The notes under the pieces are model-generated. The model was not told the DNA's origin. It made no database searches and saw nothing but the letters and a program-made list of their open reading frames with translations. This document shows, piece by piece, positions 22,128 through 32,297 of a DNA stretch of 64,000 nt. The first letter of the stretch is position 1, and each line of letters opens with the position of its first letter. The DNA is from Barthelona sp. PCE (Eukaryota), in contig JAUFOR010000008.1 in NCBI GenBank assembly GCA_040285745.1, positions 186,001 through 250,000 on the forward strand, given 5' to 3'. The translations under genes and the position numbers were made by a program.

Positions 22128-23435
22128 TTATTGGAATGCTTCCTGTACAGCCGGCATGGTAGGATAGTTAAGGATCTGGAACTCTCCGTTTGATCCACCG
22201 AATGCAGCAATGGGGAACTGATCGCAGCCGCAAGCTGTGAACAATCGTGTCTGATTCATCTTATTCTCGTATATAACTGCTGGGCTTTCAATGAGTTCTT
22301 CACGCACATCATACACGGCGTATTGGCCGTCCAGCTTTGTCACCAGCATCAACCCTGGTGTGGCAGCACCGAGGCCAATACCAGTGATAGTTTCTTTTCC
22401 TAATTTATAGTCGATAACGCTCTCATCTTCAAAGTTAACAATAATGACGTTACCATCGGCTCCTGCAACGTACAGCCTACCTTCGGCGTCGAAGGAGCTG
22501 CATTCAGGCTCGAATTCAAACTTGTGATCAAAAATCACCTCCTCACTCTGTAGGTCAAAGACGACAATTCTTTGATCAAAACCAACGGAAACAACCTGGA
22601 GAGCGTCCTTGTCTGGCATCCAGTGAATGGAATGGACGCGATCTGTGTGAATGTCGAAATCTTTTTCGCATTTTTGCTCTTCCATATCCCACAATTTGAT
22701 GAGACCATCTGAACTACATGAAAGTAGTAGGTGGGGGAACTTTTCGTTCCACTCAAAATCAAGAACGGCGTCTGTGTGACTTCCCTCGCGGTGTGTCTCC
22801 AATAAGCGTTTCTTTGTCTTTCTTCTTTTGGCCTCACGTGCGCTCAATCGTTTCCTGTCAACGCCGCCGAGAGTAAAGAGGGGTTCTCCTGAGTCAACTG
22901 TATCAAGATCCCACACCTCAATGCCATGCTCAAACGTTCCAATGGCTAGTAAAGCACCTAAACCGGGTTCCCCGTCCTTCTCGGCCTTCAACTCGGATGG
23001 AATGTAGCTTACATACTTCAATGCGAGAGGAAATGAGCTGATGGCAAAATCATGATGCACGTAAAGAGCCTGTGTCTTCATATTAAAAACAACAATGTTA
23101 ATCATGCAGCTTTCATCCTCAACTCGACCTACAACTGCAACAATATCGTCCTTTCGGAACCGCATGTCCTCGATCTCTTCTGTTTCTGAGTCAGAGGCCT
23201 CATGATTATAGTATTCATCATCTTTCGGATCAATATATGTCATTGCGTTGGTAATGATACCAGTAACACCCGCTCCGAGATGCTCCTCGTCTTCCTCCAT
23301 ATCGCTATTTACCTCACCGGTCTCGTACATCTTCATTTCAGCTTTAGTGATCTCATCGAGATCTTCCGCTGTCATCATAACGGTAGGCTTTTCCATCAAT
23401 GCCCCTTGTGGTAAAAACGTTAGTGCAGAAAACAT
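22128..23435 (-). CDS. PWP1: Periodic tryptophan protein 1
   Basis: LYVHHDF, IEVWDLD, HTDAVL, WD repeats. Confidence 0.9.
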   Translation of the reverse strand: MFSALTFLPQGALMEKPTVMMTAEDLDEITKAEMKMYETGEVNSDMEEDEEHLGAGVTGIITNAMTYIDPKDDEYYNHEASDSETEEIEDMRFRKDDIVAVVGRVEDESCMINIVVFNMKTQALYVHHDFAISSFPLALKYVSYIPSELKAEKDGEPGLGALLAIGTFEHGIEVWDLDTVDSGEPLFTLGGVDRKRLSAREAKRRKTKKRLLETHREGSHTDAVLDFEWNEKFPHLLLSCSSDGLIKLWDMEEQKCEKDFDIHTDRVHSIHWMPDKDALQVVSVGFDQRIVVFDLQSEEVIFDHKFEFEPECSSFDAEGRLYVAGADGNVIIVNFEDESVIDYKLGKETITGIGLGAATPGLMLVTKLDGQYAVYDVREELIESPAVIYENKMNQTRLFTACGCDQFPIAAFGGSNGEFQILNYPTMPAVQEAFQ

Positions 23436-23638
23436 CCAATGTTAAAAGAAAGAGTAAAAAAATGGAAGTGAGTAATTATTCACATCAGCATAATTAATTT
23501 GGCTTGACACCCGTTTCTGCTCAAATAAGGTGTGTGAGAGTGCTGCAAAAAGTGTTAAGGTAAGACACAAGCAACTTAGCATATGAAACAGGCTACCTCT
23601 TCTGCTGTCTTAAGCAGCCTTTTTCAGACAAAACACAA

Positions 23639-26600
23639 TTAGAATCGTTTACTAAGACGCTCAAAGAATATGGAAAGGAAAAGATTGACGATGAACATTG
23701 ATCCGATTTGCCAAACCATACTAAGAGGTAATTTCACCAACTGCAGGAACCTTCCAATGCCCAAAACATCGAGCATGAGCAAAGGGACGCAAAGATAGAC
23801 CACAAGGAGACTAATCAGAAGCGGTTTGTTATGGCGGAGGCTAAACATGTGAGGATGTCCAGAGTAGTTGGCAAACATAATGGTGTTGGGGAGCACAAAA
23901 CCCAAGAAGAAAGCGACAGTGTTGGATACAGAAGGAGCAAATTCAATGTCTATGGATGGATCTGCTGAGCCCGCAATGCCCAGTGACAGATCTATCCTTG
24001 ACGCAATAATCATAGCAAAATGGAGCGTTCCAAGATGCACTAGCACCTGACCGATAAGAGTAAATATCATGGAGAAACAAAATACGTGACGTGCTGGTGG
24101 GTGTTGGTGTAAGTCCTTTCGCGCGTATGATTTCGTAATAAACATCAACGCAACAGCCTGTAGCAGCCCCATAACCGTGTGCTGCTTATCACTGAGGCGA
24201 ATTCCTGCTCTAAATAGAATACTCATAGTGTACGAATTGACAACGGCGTTGACGGCCAAGATGCGGTACACCTGCAGTTGAGATATGAGCGAGCACCTGC
24301 CCTGTCTAATGAGCCTGACCAAACTGTAGGGGGAAGGCTTGGTAGACGATACATGTGCTGCAAGAGAGGCATCACCCGGTTTAATCACGGGCGGCGCTTC
24401 CTCCTCCTGTTGGTACTGTTGACCTTGACGACGCATACGCTTCTGGTATGCCTCTCTCATACGCTTACGACGAGAGTAGACTCCTTCAGGGTCTGTCGGC
24501 GTTGGAGGTTGGGTGAAGGCTGCAAAATCCTTAAACACATCGCTCAAAGTGCTAACTGGGCACTCATCATCACTCTCCACATCTACGTAGTTCTCTACGA
24601 CGTTATCCATCAGTGCAACGCCGACGTGCGCGCTTTTGAGAGCACCCACATCATTAGTACCATCACCACACATTATGGTCGTGCCCTCGCCCGCCACCTT
24701 ATCTAAGACGTATGGTTTACCGTGACACTTTGCCAGGTATTTAGCCAAGGCCTTCAGAGTGACGGGTGTGCCTAGTTGACGGAAGGAATTGACGATAAGC
24801 TGCTTCTGAACGGGTAGCGTACGGGCAAACACCGTTGTTTGGTACAGATAGAACTCAAAAGCATTTGAGAAATGGCGGCGAAGACGGGCAGTCTCTCCTG
24901 TCGACGGGACTGGAATTTCGATCAGCATCTCCACAACCTTACCTGACATAACTAGTGCGTGCTCACTAATCGATGGTGGGCTCCACGGTTTGAACTTCTC
25001 AGTGGCGCCTGTTCTTGGGTTGAGCCACTCTAGGTCATATGATTCGCTATGTGGGACACGTTGGAGAAGGAGTGGGATTCGCTCCTTGTTTAGAGATGTT
25101 TTCTGTATGTTGATTTTGAGGATACGTTGAATGATATTCGCATTAACCGATCTAAAGAAAGAATTCCACTTTTGGAACATTGCAAGCTCGAATGCAACAT
25201 GACAACTTGTCAACGCGTGATCTCCTGTGATTATAACGCTCTTGATGTTCGCCTTCTTGAGCTTGGCCAATGTTTTAAATGAATCTTCTCTGATTGCAGC
25301 GTTCAATGCAATGAAACCGCAAAAAACTAATTCTGATTCGGCCTCTTCTCTGGTAACCTTGTCATTGTCAACAAATCTGTATCCCATGGCGAGAACACGG
25401 TTTCCGTCAAGAGTAATGCGCCTTAGCTCACTGTCATAATCATCAGGCACGCTGTCCAATGCGAACAAGTCAATCATCTTTTCCGGTGCGCCCTTGGCAA
25501 ACACAATGTGCTCGTTGTACGGCAGCTCGGCTGCTGGTGTATTCCTGCACTCCATCCGGACAATAACTGATGATCTCTGCTTCTCAGACGAGAAAGAGAA
25601 TGTGTTGACTGTTGAAAAACGCAGACCTGCATCCCTCTCGAGCTGAAGCTGCACAGGTACCTCCTTTGAGGGGATACCAAGGTTCTTACAGTTCACTGGG
25701 TATATATCGGAAGAACGACCCATAGCAAAGCCACTGGCCTCGAGTGCCGCTATTTCTGCCGCGTCACCATGGTGTTCGTTGCTGACCTTCACAACTGTAT
25801 GACAACAGGCGAGGTTCCAGCGTGCCAAATAATCGGGAGCATCGAGCACAGATGATGCTGTATATTTCTTAGTCTCCTTATCGTAACAAACCACGTTGTT
25901 AAAGTGGATAGTGGAGTCTGTCAGGGTTCCTGTCTTGTCAAAACAGCAGAGTTGAGTAGAACCTGCTAGCGGAATACGGAACGGTTCAGTGCAGAAAATA
26001 CGTTTATGACCGAGGAAAACAAGAGCAGATGACACCGCAAGAGATAAAGACACGGGTAGCTCGGACGGAACAACACTCGTGATGATAAGCAGCATGTTCA
26101 AGTAGAGAGATGATTTGGGTACAGTAGGGTTCAAAATCTCAGCTCTGTACAAGCGGAAACAAACAACTACTGCGAACAAGAACAGACAGAAGACAAACAC
26201 GCCTGTTTCGACGTTATTCACAGACAGACGGGTTGAGCTGTAAAGAATCGAATTAACCAGCTTACCCTTTTCGGTGGAGAATCCAGTTCTCAGAACAAGC
26301 CCAATGACCTCTGGGTTTGACGCCCTGTTCTTCTGGCTGCGCATGACGCGCACGAGTTCCGTTCCCATGTTCAACACATGTCTCTTGTCGATTTCCGCCA
26401 AGTCACACTCTATTCTCGTGTTCCATGGAGTTTTGGGAAGAGGAACGCTCTCACCGGTTAGCATTGCCTCGGATACGACACAGCTGCCGGATAACACGAG
26501 AATATCGCATGGAACGTGGCACTTCTTCTCGTTAGTGGGGGCTTCCAGTGCAATCAGGTCTCCAGGAACAAGCTGATGTTCAGTGACGTTGATCCACTCG

Positions 26601-27439
26601 CCTGACCGGCGCACCTTCACGTAGTCGTTGTCTTGTGATAAAGAATGCAGTTCTGCCCTACTTTTCATTTGTGTTTTAACTAAGTGTCCCTCGAGAGTCA
26701 TGAGCATAACCAAAGAGAGAAGGGAGAAGAACACGTGTTCGTCAAAGATCCAAAGAATGATCGAGATAACCTGAAATACAAAAAATGGTGCAAGCAAATG
26801 CTCAATGTAAAGTGTAATAAAACTGGGTTTCTTGACGTATATCACATTGTCCGGGTAAACCTTTTTCAGCTCATTCACTGCATCCTCGTTCTCCCAGCCC
26901 TGCCAGCGGTATATGTCTTCTGTCAAAAAGAGCTCATTAACATGAATCGATCTTAACTCCCTTAACATGCCTGTATTAGGGTCAAAAGGGCAGATTCTAT
27001 CTTGATAACGTACGTAAAACTCAAATCGGTAGTCCAGGCGGTTGAATATGTGCATTTCGCCCTTTGTTAGGTCTTGAGTGCCTGCATCGAAAATTCGAAC
27101 GTCATGGCGGTGAATGATTTCGATACATGACTCACCGTATGCCTTTTCCGGTTTGAAATAGACGTGGCTTGCCTGTGTCACTGTGTCAACCGGCTTGAAG
27201 CCCACAAGAAGCCGAATTGGAATAATCCAGTATTGTAAGCAAATAAGGATCAACTCAATAACAAAGAGGGTGATCACAATACTTATTCTCAGCGTCGTTA
27301 GACGGCCCAAAAGTAACAGTGCAAAGACAGGAAGCGATAAAAGAAAAATTAGGAAATCTAACCTCCTTTTCTTGCTTCTCTTCTTGTAAAGTCTTGCATT
27401 CTGAACGTTTGAAATGTTTGTTTTAACTTCAGAGCCCAT
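23639..27439 (-). CDS. ATP13A1: P5A-type ATPase (Spf1/ATP13A1)
   Basis: PFFVFQ, LTGES, VPSELP, CTEPFRIP, FDKTGTLT, GDGTNDVGALK, IRQGRC. Confidence 0.92.
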   Translation of the reverse strand: MGSEVKTNISNVQNARLYKKRSKKRRLDFLIFLLSLPVFALLLLGRLTTLRISIVITLFVIELILICLQYWIIPIRLLVGFKPVDTVTQASHVYFKPEKAYGESCIEIIHRHDVRIFDAGTQDLTKGEMHIFNRLDYRFEFYVRYQDRICPFDPNTGMLRELRSIHVNELFLTEDIYRWQGWENEDAVNELKKVYPDNVIYVKKPSFITLYIEHLLAPFFVFQVISIILWIFDEHVFFSLLSLVMLMTLEGHLVKTQMKSRAELHSLSQDNDYVKVRRSGEWINVTEHQLVPGDLIALEAPTNEKKCHVPCDILVLSGSCVVSEAMLTGESVPLPKTPWNTRIECDLAEIDKRHVLNMGTELVRVMRSQKNRASNPEVIGLVLRTGFSTEKGKLVNSILYSSTRLSVNNVETGVFVFCLFLFAVVVCFRLYRAEILNPTVPKSSLYLNMLLIITSVVPSELPVSLSLAVSSALVFLGHKRIFCTEPFRIPLAGSTQLCCFDKTGTLTDSTIHFNNVVCYDKETKKYTASSVLDAPDYLARWNLACCHTVVKVSNEHHGDAAEIAALEASGFAMGRSSDIYPVNCKNLGIPSKEVPVQLQLERDAGLRFSTVNTFSFSSEKQRSSVIVRMECRNTPAAELPYNEHIVFAKGAPEKMIDLFALDSVPDDYDSELRRITLDGNRVLAMGYRFVDNDKVTREEAESELVFCGFIALNAAIREDSFKTLAKLKKANIKSVIITGDHALTSCHVAFELAMFQKWNSFFRSVNANIIQRILKINIQKTSLNKERIPLLLQRVPHSESYDLEWLNPRTGATEKFKPWSPPSISEHALVMSGKVVEMLIEIPVPSTGETARLRRHFSNAFEFYLYQTTVFARTLPVQKQLIVNSFRQLGTPVTLKALAKYLAKCHGKPYVLDKVAGEGTTIMCGDGTNDVGALKSAHVGVALMDNVVENYVDVESDDECPVSTLSDVFKDFAAFTQPPTPTDPEGVYSRRKRMREAYQKRMRRQGQQYQQEEEAPPVIKPGDASLAAHVSSTKPSPYSLVRLIRQGRCSLISQLQVYRILAVNAVVNSYTMSILFRAGIRLSDKQHTVMGLLQAVALMFITKSYARKDLHQHPPARHVFCFSMIFTLIGQVLVHLGTLHFAMIIASRIDLSLGIAGSADPSIDIEFAPSVSNTVAFFLGFVLPNTIMFANYSGHPHMFSLRHNKPLLISLLVVYLCVPLLMLDVLGIGRFLQLVKLPLSMVWQIGSMFIVNLFLSIFFERLSKRF

Positions 27440-27821
27440 ATTTGTTGAATAGGGTGAAAAACGCGTTAGCAATCAGTTCTCTTATTTTGATCGTTTCTGC
27501 TCAGAGGTTGTCCTCGTGCTACACAACGTGCTTGCTGCGTGTGTTAAATACAATGCCAAAAATTTTTTGAGCCCACATTTTCTGTGATATTTTCTGGCAA
27601 TTTCCAACTGTTTCTGATTGACAACTATGATTGGATCCCACAATAACTTAGTGTGTAAAACCAAAACCTACTACAATGCCTGCCACAATTGTTATCTAAG
27701 TATAACAAAAACTAGAGCATTTAACTTGAATTTTCCACACATTGGATAAAATCAAGCCCTCCAACCACAAAAAAAAGATACACAAAAGTGTTATAACCAG
27801 AATAACCTTTACAAAGTAGCT

Positions 27822-30035
27822 ATGTCGCTATTCGACAAGGCTGCCATAAGTAGCTTAGGGCTTTTACGACAGTCACCGTCCGAAGAAGTATCCTGGATTT
27901 CTCCAAGTGCTTCATGCATTTATTGTATTCCATCTCGTACTCGAACGCTATTTCAGGAGAATGCACACATCACCCCGTTCCTCACCTTCGATATGCAAGA
28001 ACGAATTGTTGCTGCTGGTCCGTTCAAGGATAAGAACAGTTTTCATATTGTAACAGAGTGCGATAACACACAATACAGAGGAATGAGACTTCATCGCTTC
28101 GAGTATAACCCAGAAACGAAGCTGTATGACAGTAAGACTGTCGATATGTCAAAGGAAATTGGATACAAAAATTATCATTTGCATCAAAAATTTTTGATTT
28201 GCGTATCAGATTATTACGTTTTTGTACAGTTTTTTGAACCTGATTTTACCAATGGATGTTATAAATTCGAAAAGATCATCTGGTGTGATATAAATGAGGC
28301 TTCTTTGCTAATCGGTACTCTTAACAAAGTGCATTTTCTTAACATCGTTAGAAATACGGTATTCACATTGAACATCAATAATATTTCTTCTGGTAAGCTT
28401 ACAAACAAGCATTGCCTACTCACTAACAGTGATGGTGATACAATCATGTACACAGCAAGCGAAGAAAGATTGACAGATCCTACGATAGTGGGTAATTTTA
28501 CACCTAAAGCTTTTTTACAAAAAACCCCATACAATTCATACAATTGTTATTCATTCAACTACGATGATGACTCGGATCACCCATCATTCATCAGCTTCTA
28601 TGAAAACACCAACGATATACGATTTAAATGTCAACTTGCTCCTGAGCTGTTCGGAGGCAAGATGCACGAGTTGGACCCGTACGACACTAACAGTATGAAG
28701 TTTGTCCTCACCAGTGATGATTTGTTTTGTATCGTTAATGTGTCAGGAATCAATTTCGACAAGAACATGAACGAGAAGAACTTGAACTATGGTGAGGATC
28801 GTATCCTAAATTATTTCCGATTACCGATGCAATACTGTAATTTGATGCATTTTGCTCATCCAGTTAGGAATGAACTACGTTTTGATTTTGTGCAGAAGAA
28901 CTTCTTGTTTACGTTTCATAATACTGAATTCAAGATCTACCTCCCCTTAAATAACGAACCGTTAATGATTTTACATCCTCCTCCAAAACTCAAGGCTGGG
29001 TTCTTGTTGTGTGAAACACCTCGTGGTATCCGCTGTTCATGGATCGGTGACAAACACACGATATGCACTGTCATGATCAAAGAAAACGGACCCGAAGATC
29101 TTGTTACGTACTTTCTTGGAGAGGAGTGGGACTTCACTGATTTTCATATAGTCAGCGCAATCAATGGTGACGTGTGCCTGATACATAAGGAGGGTATAAT
29201 GCGCGTCAACCCTGATAAGAACATTGCGATTGAGGGTGAAACGGAGGATGAAGACGAGGAATTCGAGTGCTCTTACTTCTCCTTTGGCCACTGTCCGTTT
29301 GAAACCGAAATGTATCATTCAACGACGTTCCTACAGGACTTCCGCATGTTCAAGAACGTGTTGTTCGATGAAAACACATACAATAATGATAGACAACTTG
29401 TGAGGAAAGTGGCGCACAACTTATGCTGGGTTTTAGATCATGATACGAATGTGCTCAGCTTATATTCGACAGGGTCTATGCTGTTTTCAAGATCGATTGA
29501 TTACCGAAAGCTTTTTAATCTCACCGAAGATAACCCAACATATTATCAGGAACATGAACTACTCTGGGTTGGTTGTGGCACGAATAACGCCGCGTTCATC
29601 ACATCAGAGTACTTAATATTCTTCAGCCTGAGTGGTGACGCCATCATTACTTGTATTCCTGATGTATGGTTTAATAGGCAGATGCATTGCTGCTCATCTA
29701 TCACAGTGAGCGAGCTTGGAGTGTTCTACATCTTCGACTATGCATCAAAAAGCGTGCTTGGCATCAGCTTTGATAGTGGTAAGGATTTTAGCTTTACACA
29801 GCTTAATTTCAATGCATTAAATATGGCCAGGACGGAGAATTATGTGTATTTTATGGAGTGCAACAGTTTTAACATTTATCTATACGACCATTATCTAAAT
29901 TTTAAGAAAAAAATTCAATTATTCGATCATTTGGGAGATTTAAAGCATTTCAATTGTATTTCAAGGGTTTCAAGTGATGAGTTCATGTGCTGTGACTTTT
30001 CTGATGATGAAGATTTCTCAGATTTCGACTTTTAA
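27822..30035 (+). CDS. Hypothetical beta-rich protein
   Basis: 737-aa ORF; no motif recognised. Confidence 0.6.
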   Translation: MSLFDKAAISSLGLLRQSPSEEVSWISPSASCIYCIPSRTRTLFQENAHITPFLTFDMQERIVAAGPFKDKNSFHIVTECDNTQYRGMRLHRFEYNPETKLYDSKTVDMSKEIGYKNYHLHQKFLICVSDYYVFVQFFEPDFTNGCYKFEKIIWCDINEASLLIGTLNKVHFLNIVRNTVFTLNINNISSGKLTNKHCLLTNSDGDTIMYTASEERLTDPTIVGNFTPKAFLQKTPYNSYNCYSFNYDDDSDHPSFISFYENTNDIRFKCQLAPELFGGKMHELDPYDTNSMKFVLTSDDLFCIVNVSGINFDKNMNEKNLNYGEDRILNYFRLPMQYCNLMHFAHPVRNELRFDFVQKNFLFTFHNTEFKIYLPLNNEPLMILHPPPKLKAGFLLCETPRGIRCSWIGDKHTICTVMIKENGPEDLVTYFLGEEWDFTDFHIVSAINGDVCLIHKEGIMRVNPDKNIAIEGETEDEDEEFECSYFSFGHCPFETEMYHSTTFLQDFRMFKNVLFDENTYNNDRQLVRKVAHNLCWVLDHDTNVLSLYSTGSMLFSRSIDYRKLFNLTEDNPTYYQEHELLWVGCGTNNAAFITSEYLIFFSLSGDAIITCIPDVWFNRQMHCCSSITVSELGVFYIFDYASKSVLGISFDSGKDFSFTQLNFNALNMARTENYVYFMECNSFNIYLYDHYLNFKKKIQLFDHLGDLKHFNCISRVSSDEFMCCDFSDDEDFSDFDF

Positions 30036-30438
30036 AAAAAAAAACGTAGTAAAAATAAGATAATACTTTTTGGTCAATTTTACAAGAACTAATCCACTGG
30101 ATGTGAATAAATTTTGTTGTTTCAGCAATTTTAAACAAACCAATCCAGTGACAGCATCACCGATTCTATGATATTGATTCTGATCAAATATCGGTTATAT
30201 AAATGCACAAGATACGATAAACGTTAATATTGAAGCAACTAGAAGTGATGATGTGTTGATCAGCTCACAATCCAATGAGAAACACTCAATCTTTTCCTTC
30301 TCCTGTGAAGCAATAAAATAAAGCGCATTGTGATTCACAAATGCGTAAAAAACCACACATAATCGACAGATGTTAAGTTTTAAAAAGAGGCCATGTTTAA
30401 CATTTTTCTTCTCATATCAACGAACTTTGGGAATCATA

Positions 30439-32253
30439 ATGTTTGTATTCGAGAATTCATTCGAAGTAGCACTCAAGCTTGGTGGTATTTACACAGTTTT
30501 AAGAAGCAAAGTACCTGCACAGACTGCGGAACTTGGTGATAACTATTGTCTTGTTGGACAATACGAGGACGCCCCACACGAGATCGAGTTCGATGCCTGT
30601 GAAGCTGGTCCTGTCTGGCTCAACACGGCACTTGAAGATTTCAAAAAAACATACGGAATTGATTATGCTATCGGTAAATGGTTGATCACTGGTCGCCCCC
30701 TTGCAGTTCTTCTCCAGATCAAGAACAACATTAACCTTGACGAACTCAAAACAAGACTATACGAGCAACACAAATTGGAAACCCCAGAAACTGGTGTCGA
30801 TCCTCTCACAGACAAGGTAGTGATCTTCGGTGAGACGTTGCACCTCTTCTACCAAATCGTAATGAAGCACGCTCCAATGGACGTAGTAGCCCATTTCCAC
30901 GAGTGGATGACAGCCTCTTGTATGTGTGACCTGGCTCGTTTCGCACACCCCAAGCTCAAGACCGTCTTCACGACACACGCAACAATGATGTCTCGCTACC
31001 TCTGCGTTGCACGCGGACTTGACTTCTACATCAACCGTATTTTACACGCACATGATGAATACGACTGGGTCGATGATGCAAAGGAGTTCGGCATATACCC
31101 GCGTGTTCTCATCGAGTACAAAGCTGCGCATGCATGCAACGTATTCACAACTGTTTCGGAAATCACAGGAAAGGAGGCTCGTGTTGTCTTACACAGGCAA
31201 CCTGATTTCTTGCTCCCGAACGGTCTCAACATTTCAAAGTTCGAGATTCCGCACCATTTGCAGAACCTTCATCAGGAGAACAAGCACAAACTGCAAAAAT
31301 TCTGCACTTCGCATTTCTTCCCTTCGTATTCGTTTGATCTCGACAAGACCATGTTCTTTTTTACCTCTGGCCGCTTTGAGCCCCAAAACAAAGGATTTGA
31401 CTTCTGTATAGAATCAATGGCTCGTCTCAACTACCAAATGCAAGCTAATAACATCGATAAGACTGTTGTTTTCTTCATCGTCACTCGTACCCCCACAGAA
31501 AACGTGCTGCCCGACCTCCTCGAGCAGCGTGCTCTTTCTGATCAGATCGAAGAAACACTGAAGGATATTGGTGGACAAATATCAACCTCATTGTATGATC
31601 GTGTAATCCACGGCAGTCCTCTCTGTGACGATGGGTGCGGCAAGGGAAGCACCATTGCTGTCGAAAACCATATCTCAGAGACGAGTTGGCTGAAGTTAAG
31701 GAGATTACGTCATGCGTTCAACCGTGATGAACTACCGCCTGTAACCACTCATCGTCTTGTCAATGATAATGACGAGATCATCGAACAGATTCGCAAATGT
31801 CAGTTATTCAACAACGAGCATGATAAAGTCAAAATTATCTATCATCCAGATTTCATTAACAGTGCTTCACCGCTTTTCCAACTCGACTACTCCGACTTCG
31901 TCCGTGGATGCCACATGGGAATCTTCCCCTCCGCATATGAGCCGTGGGGACTCACACCTCCTGAGTGCGTTGTGTCATCAGTCCCATGCATCACCTCAGA
32001 TCTAGCTGGATTTGGTGCGTGGATGAAGAAATCATGCCCTGAACACGATAAATACGGTATCTATATCGCAGAGAGAAGCCGCCTTGGTGATGAAAAGGCA
32101 ATCGACCAAATGGTGGAAATTTTGATGAGATTCCTCTCACAAGATAGATGGGCACGTATCAAGCAACGTAACAAAGCTTTCGAGGCCTCCAAACTTTTCG
32201 GTTGGAATAGGCTTGTTAAGGACTATCTCCGTGCGTATGGTATGATCCAGTAA
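30439..32253 (+). CDS. Glycogen synthase, GT3 family
   Basis: EVALKLGGIYTV, HFHEW, FTTHAT, SGRFEPQNKG, PSAYEPWGLTP. Confidence 0.93.
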   Translation: MFVFENSFEVALKLGGIYTVLRSKVPAQTAELGDNYCLVGQYEDAPHEIEFDACEAGPVWLNTALEDFKKTYGIDYAIGKWLITGRPLAVLLQIKNNINLDELKTRLYEQHKLETPETGVDPLTDKVVIFGETLHLFYQIVMKHAPMDVVAHFHEWMTASCMCDLARFAHPKLKTVFTTHATMMSRYLCVARGLDFYINRILHAHDEYDWVDDAKEFGIYPRVLIEYKAAHACNVFTTVSEITGKEARVVLHRQPDFLLPNGLNISKFEIPHHLQNLHQENKHKLQKFCTSHFFPSYSFDLDKTMFFFTSGRFEPQNKGFDFCIESMARLNYQMQANNIDKTVVFFIVTRTPTENVLPDLLEQRALSDQIEETLKDIGGQISTSLYDRVIHGSPLCDDGCGKGSTIAVENHISETSWLKLRRLRHAFNRDELPPVTTHRLVNDNDEIIEQIRKCQLFNNEHDKVKIIYHPDFINSASPLFQLDYSDFVRGCHMGIFPSAYEPWGLTPPECVVSSVPCITSDLAGFGAWMKKSCPEHDKYGIYIAERSRLGDEKAIDQMVEILMRFLSQDRWARIKQRNKAFEASKLFGWNRLVKDYLRAYGMIQ

Positions 32254-32297
32254 TGGTAATAAACGTGTATTTGGATTTCTTACGTTTTTGTGGGCTA

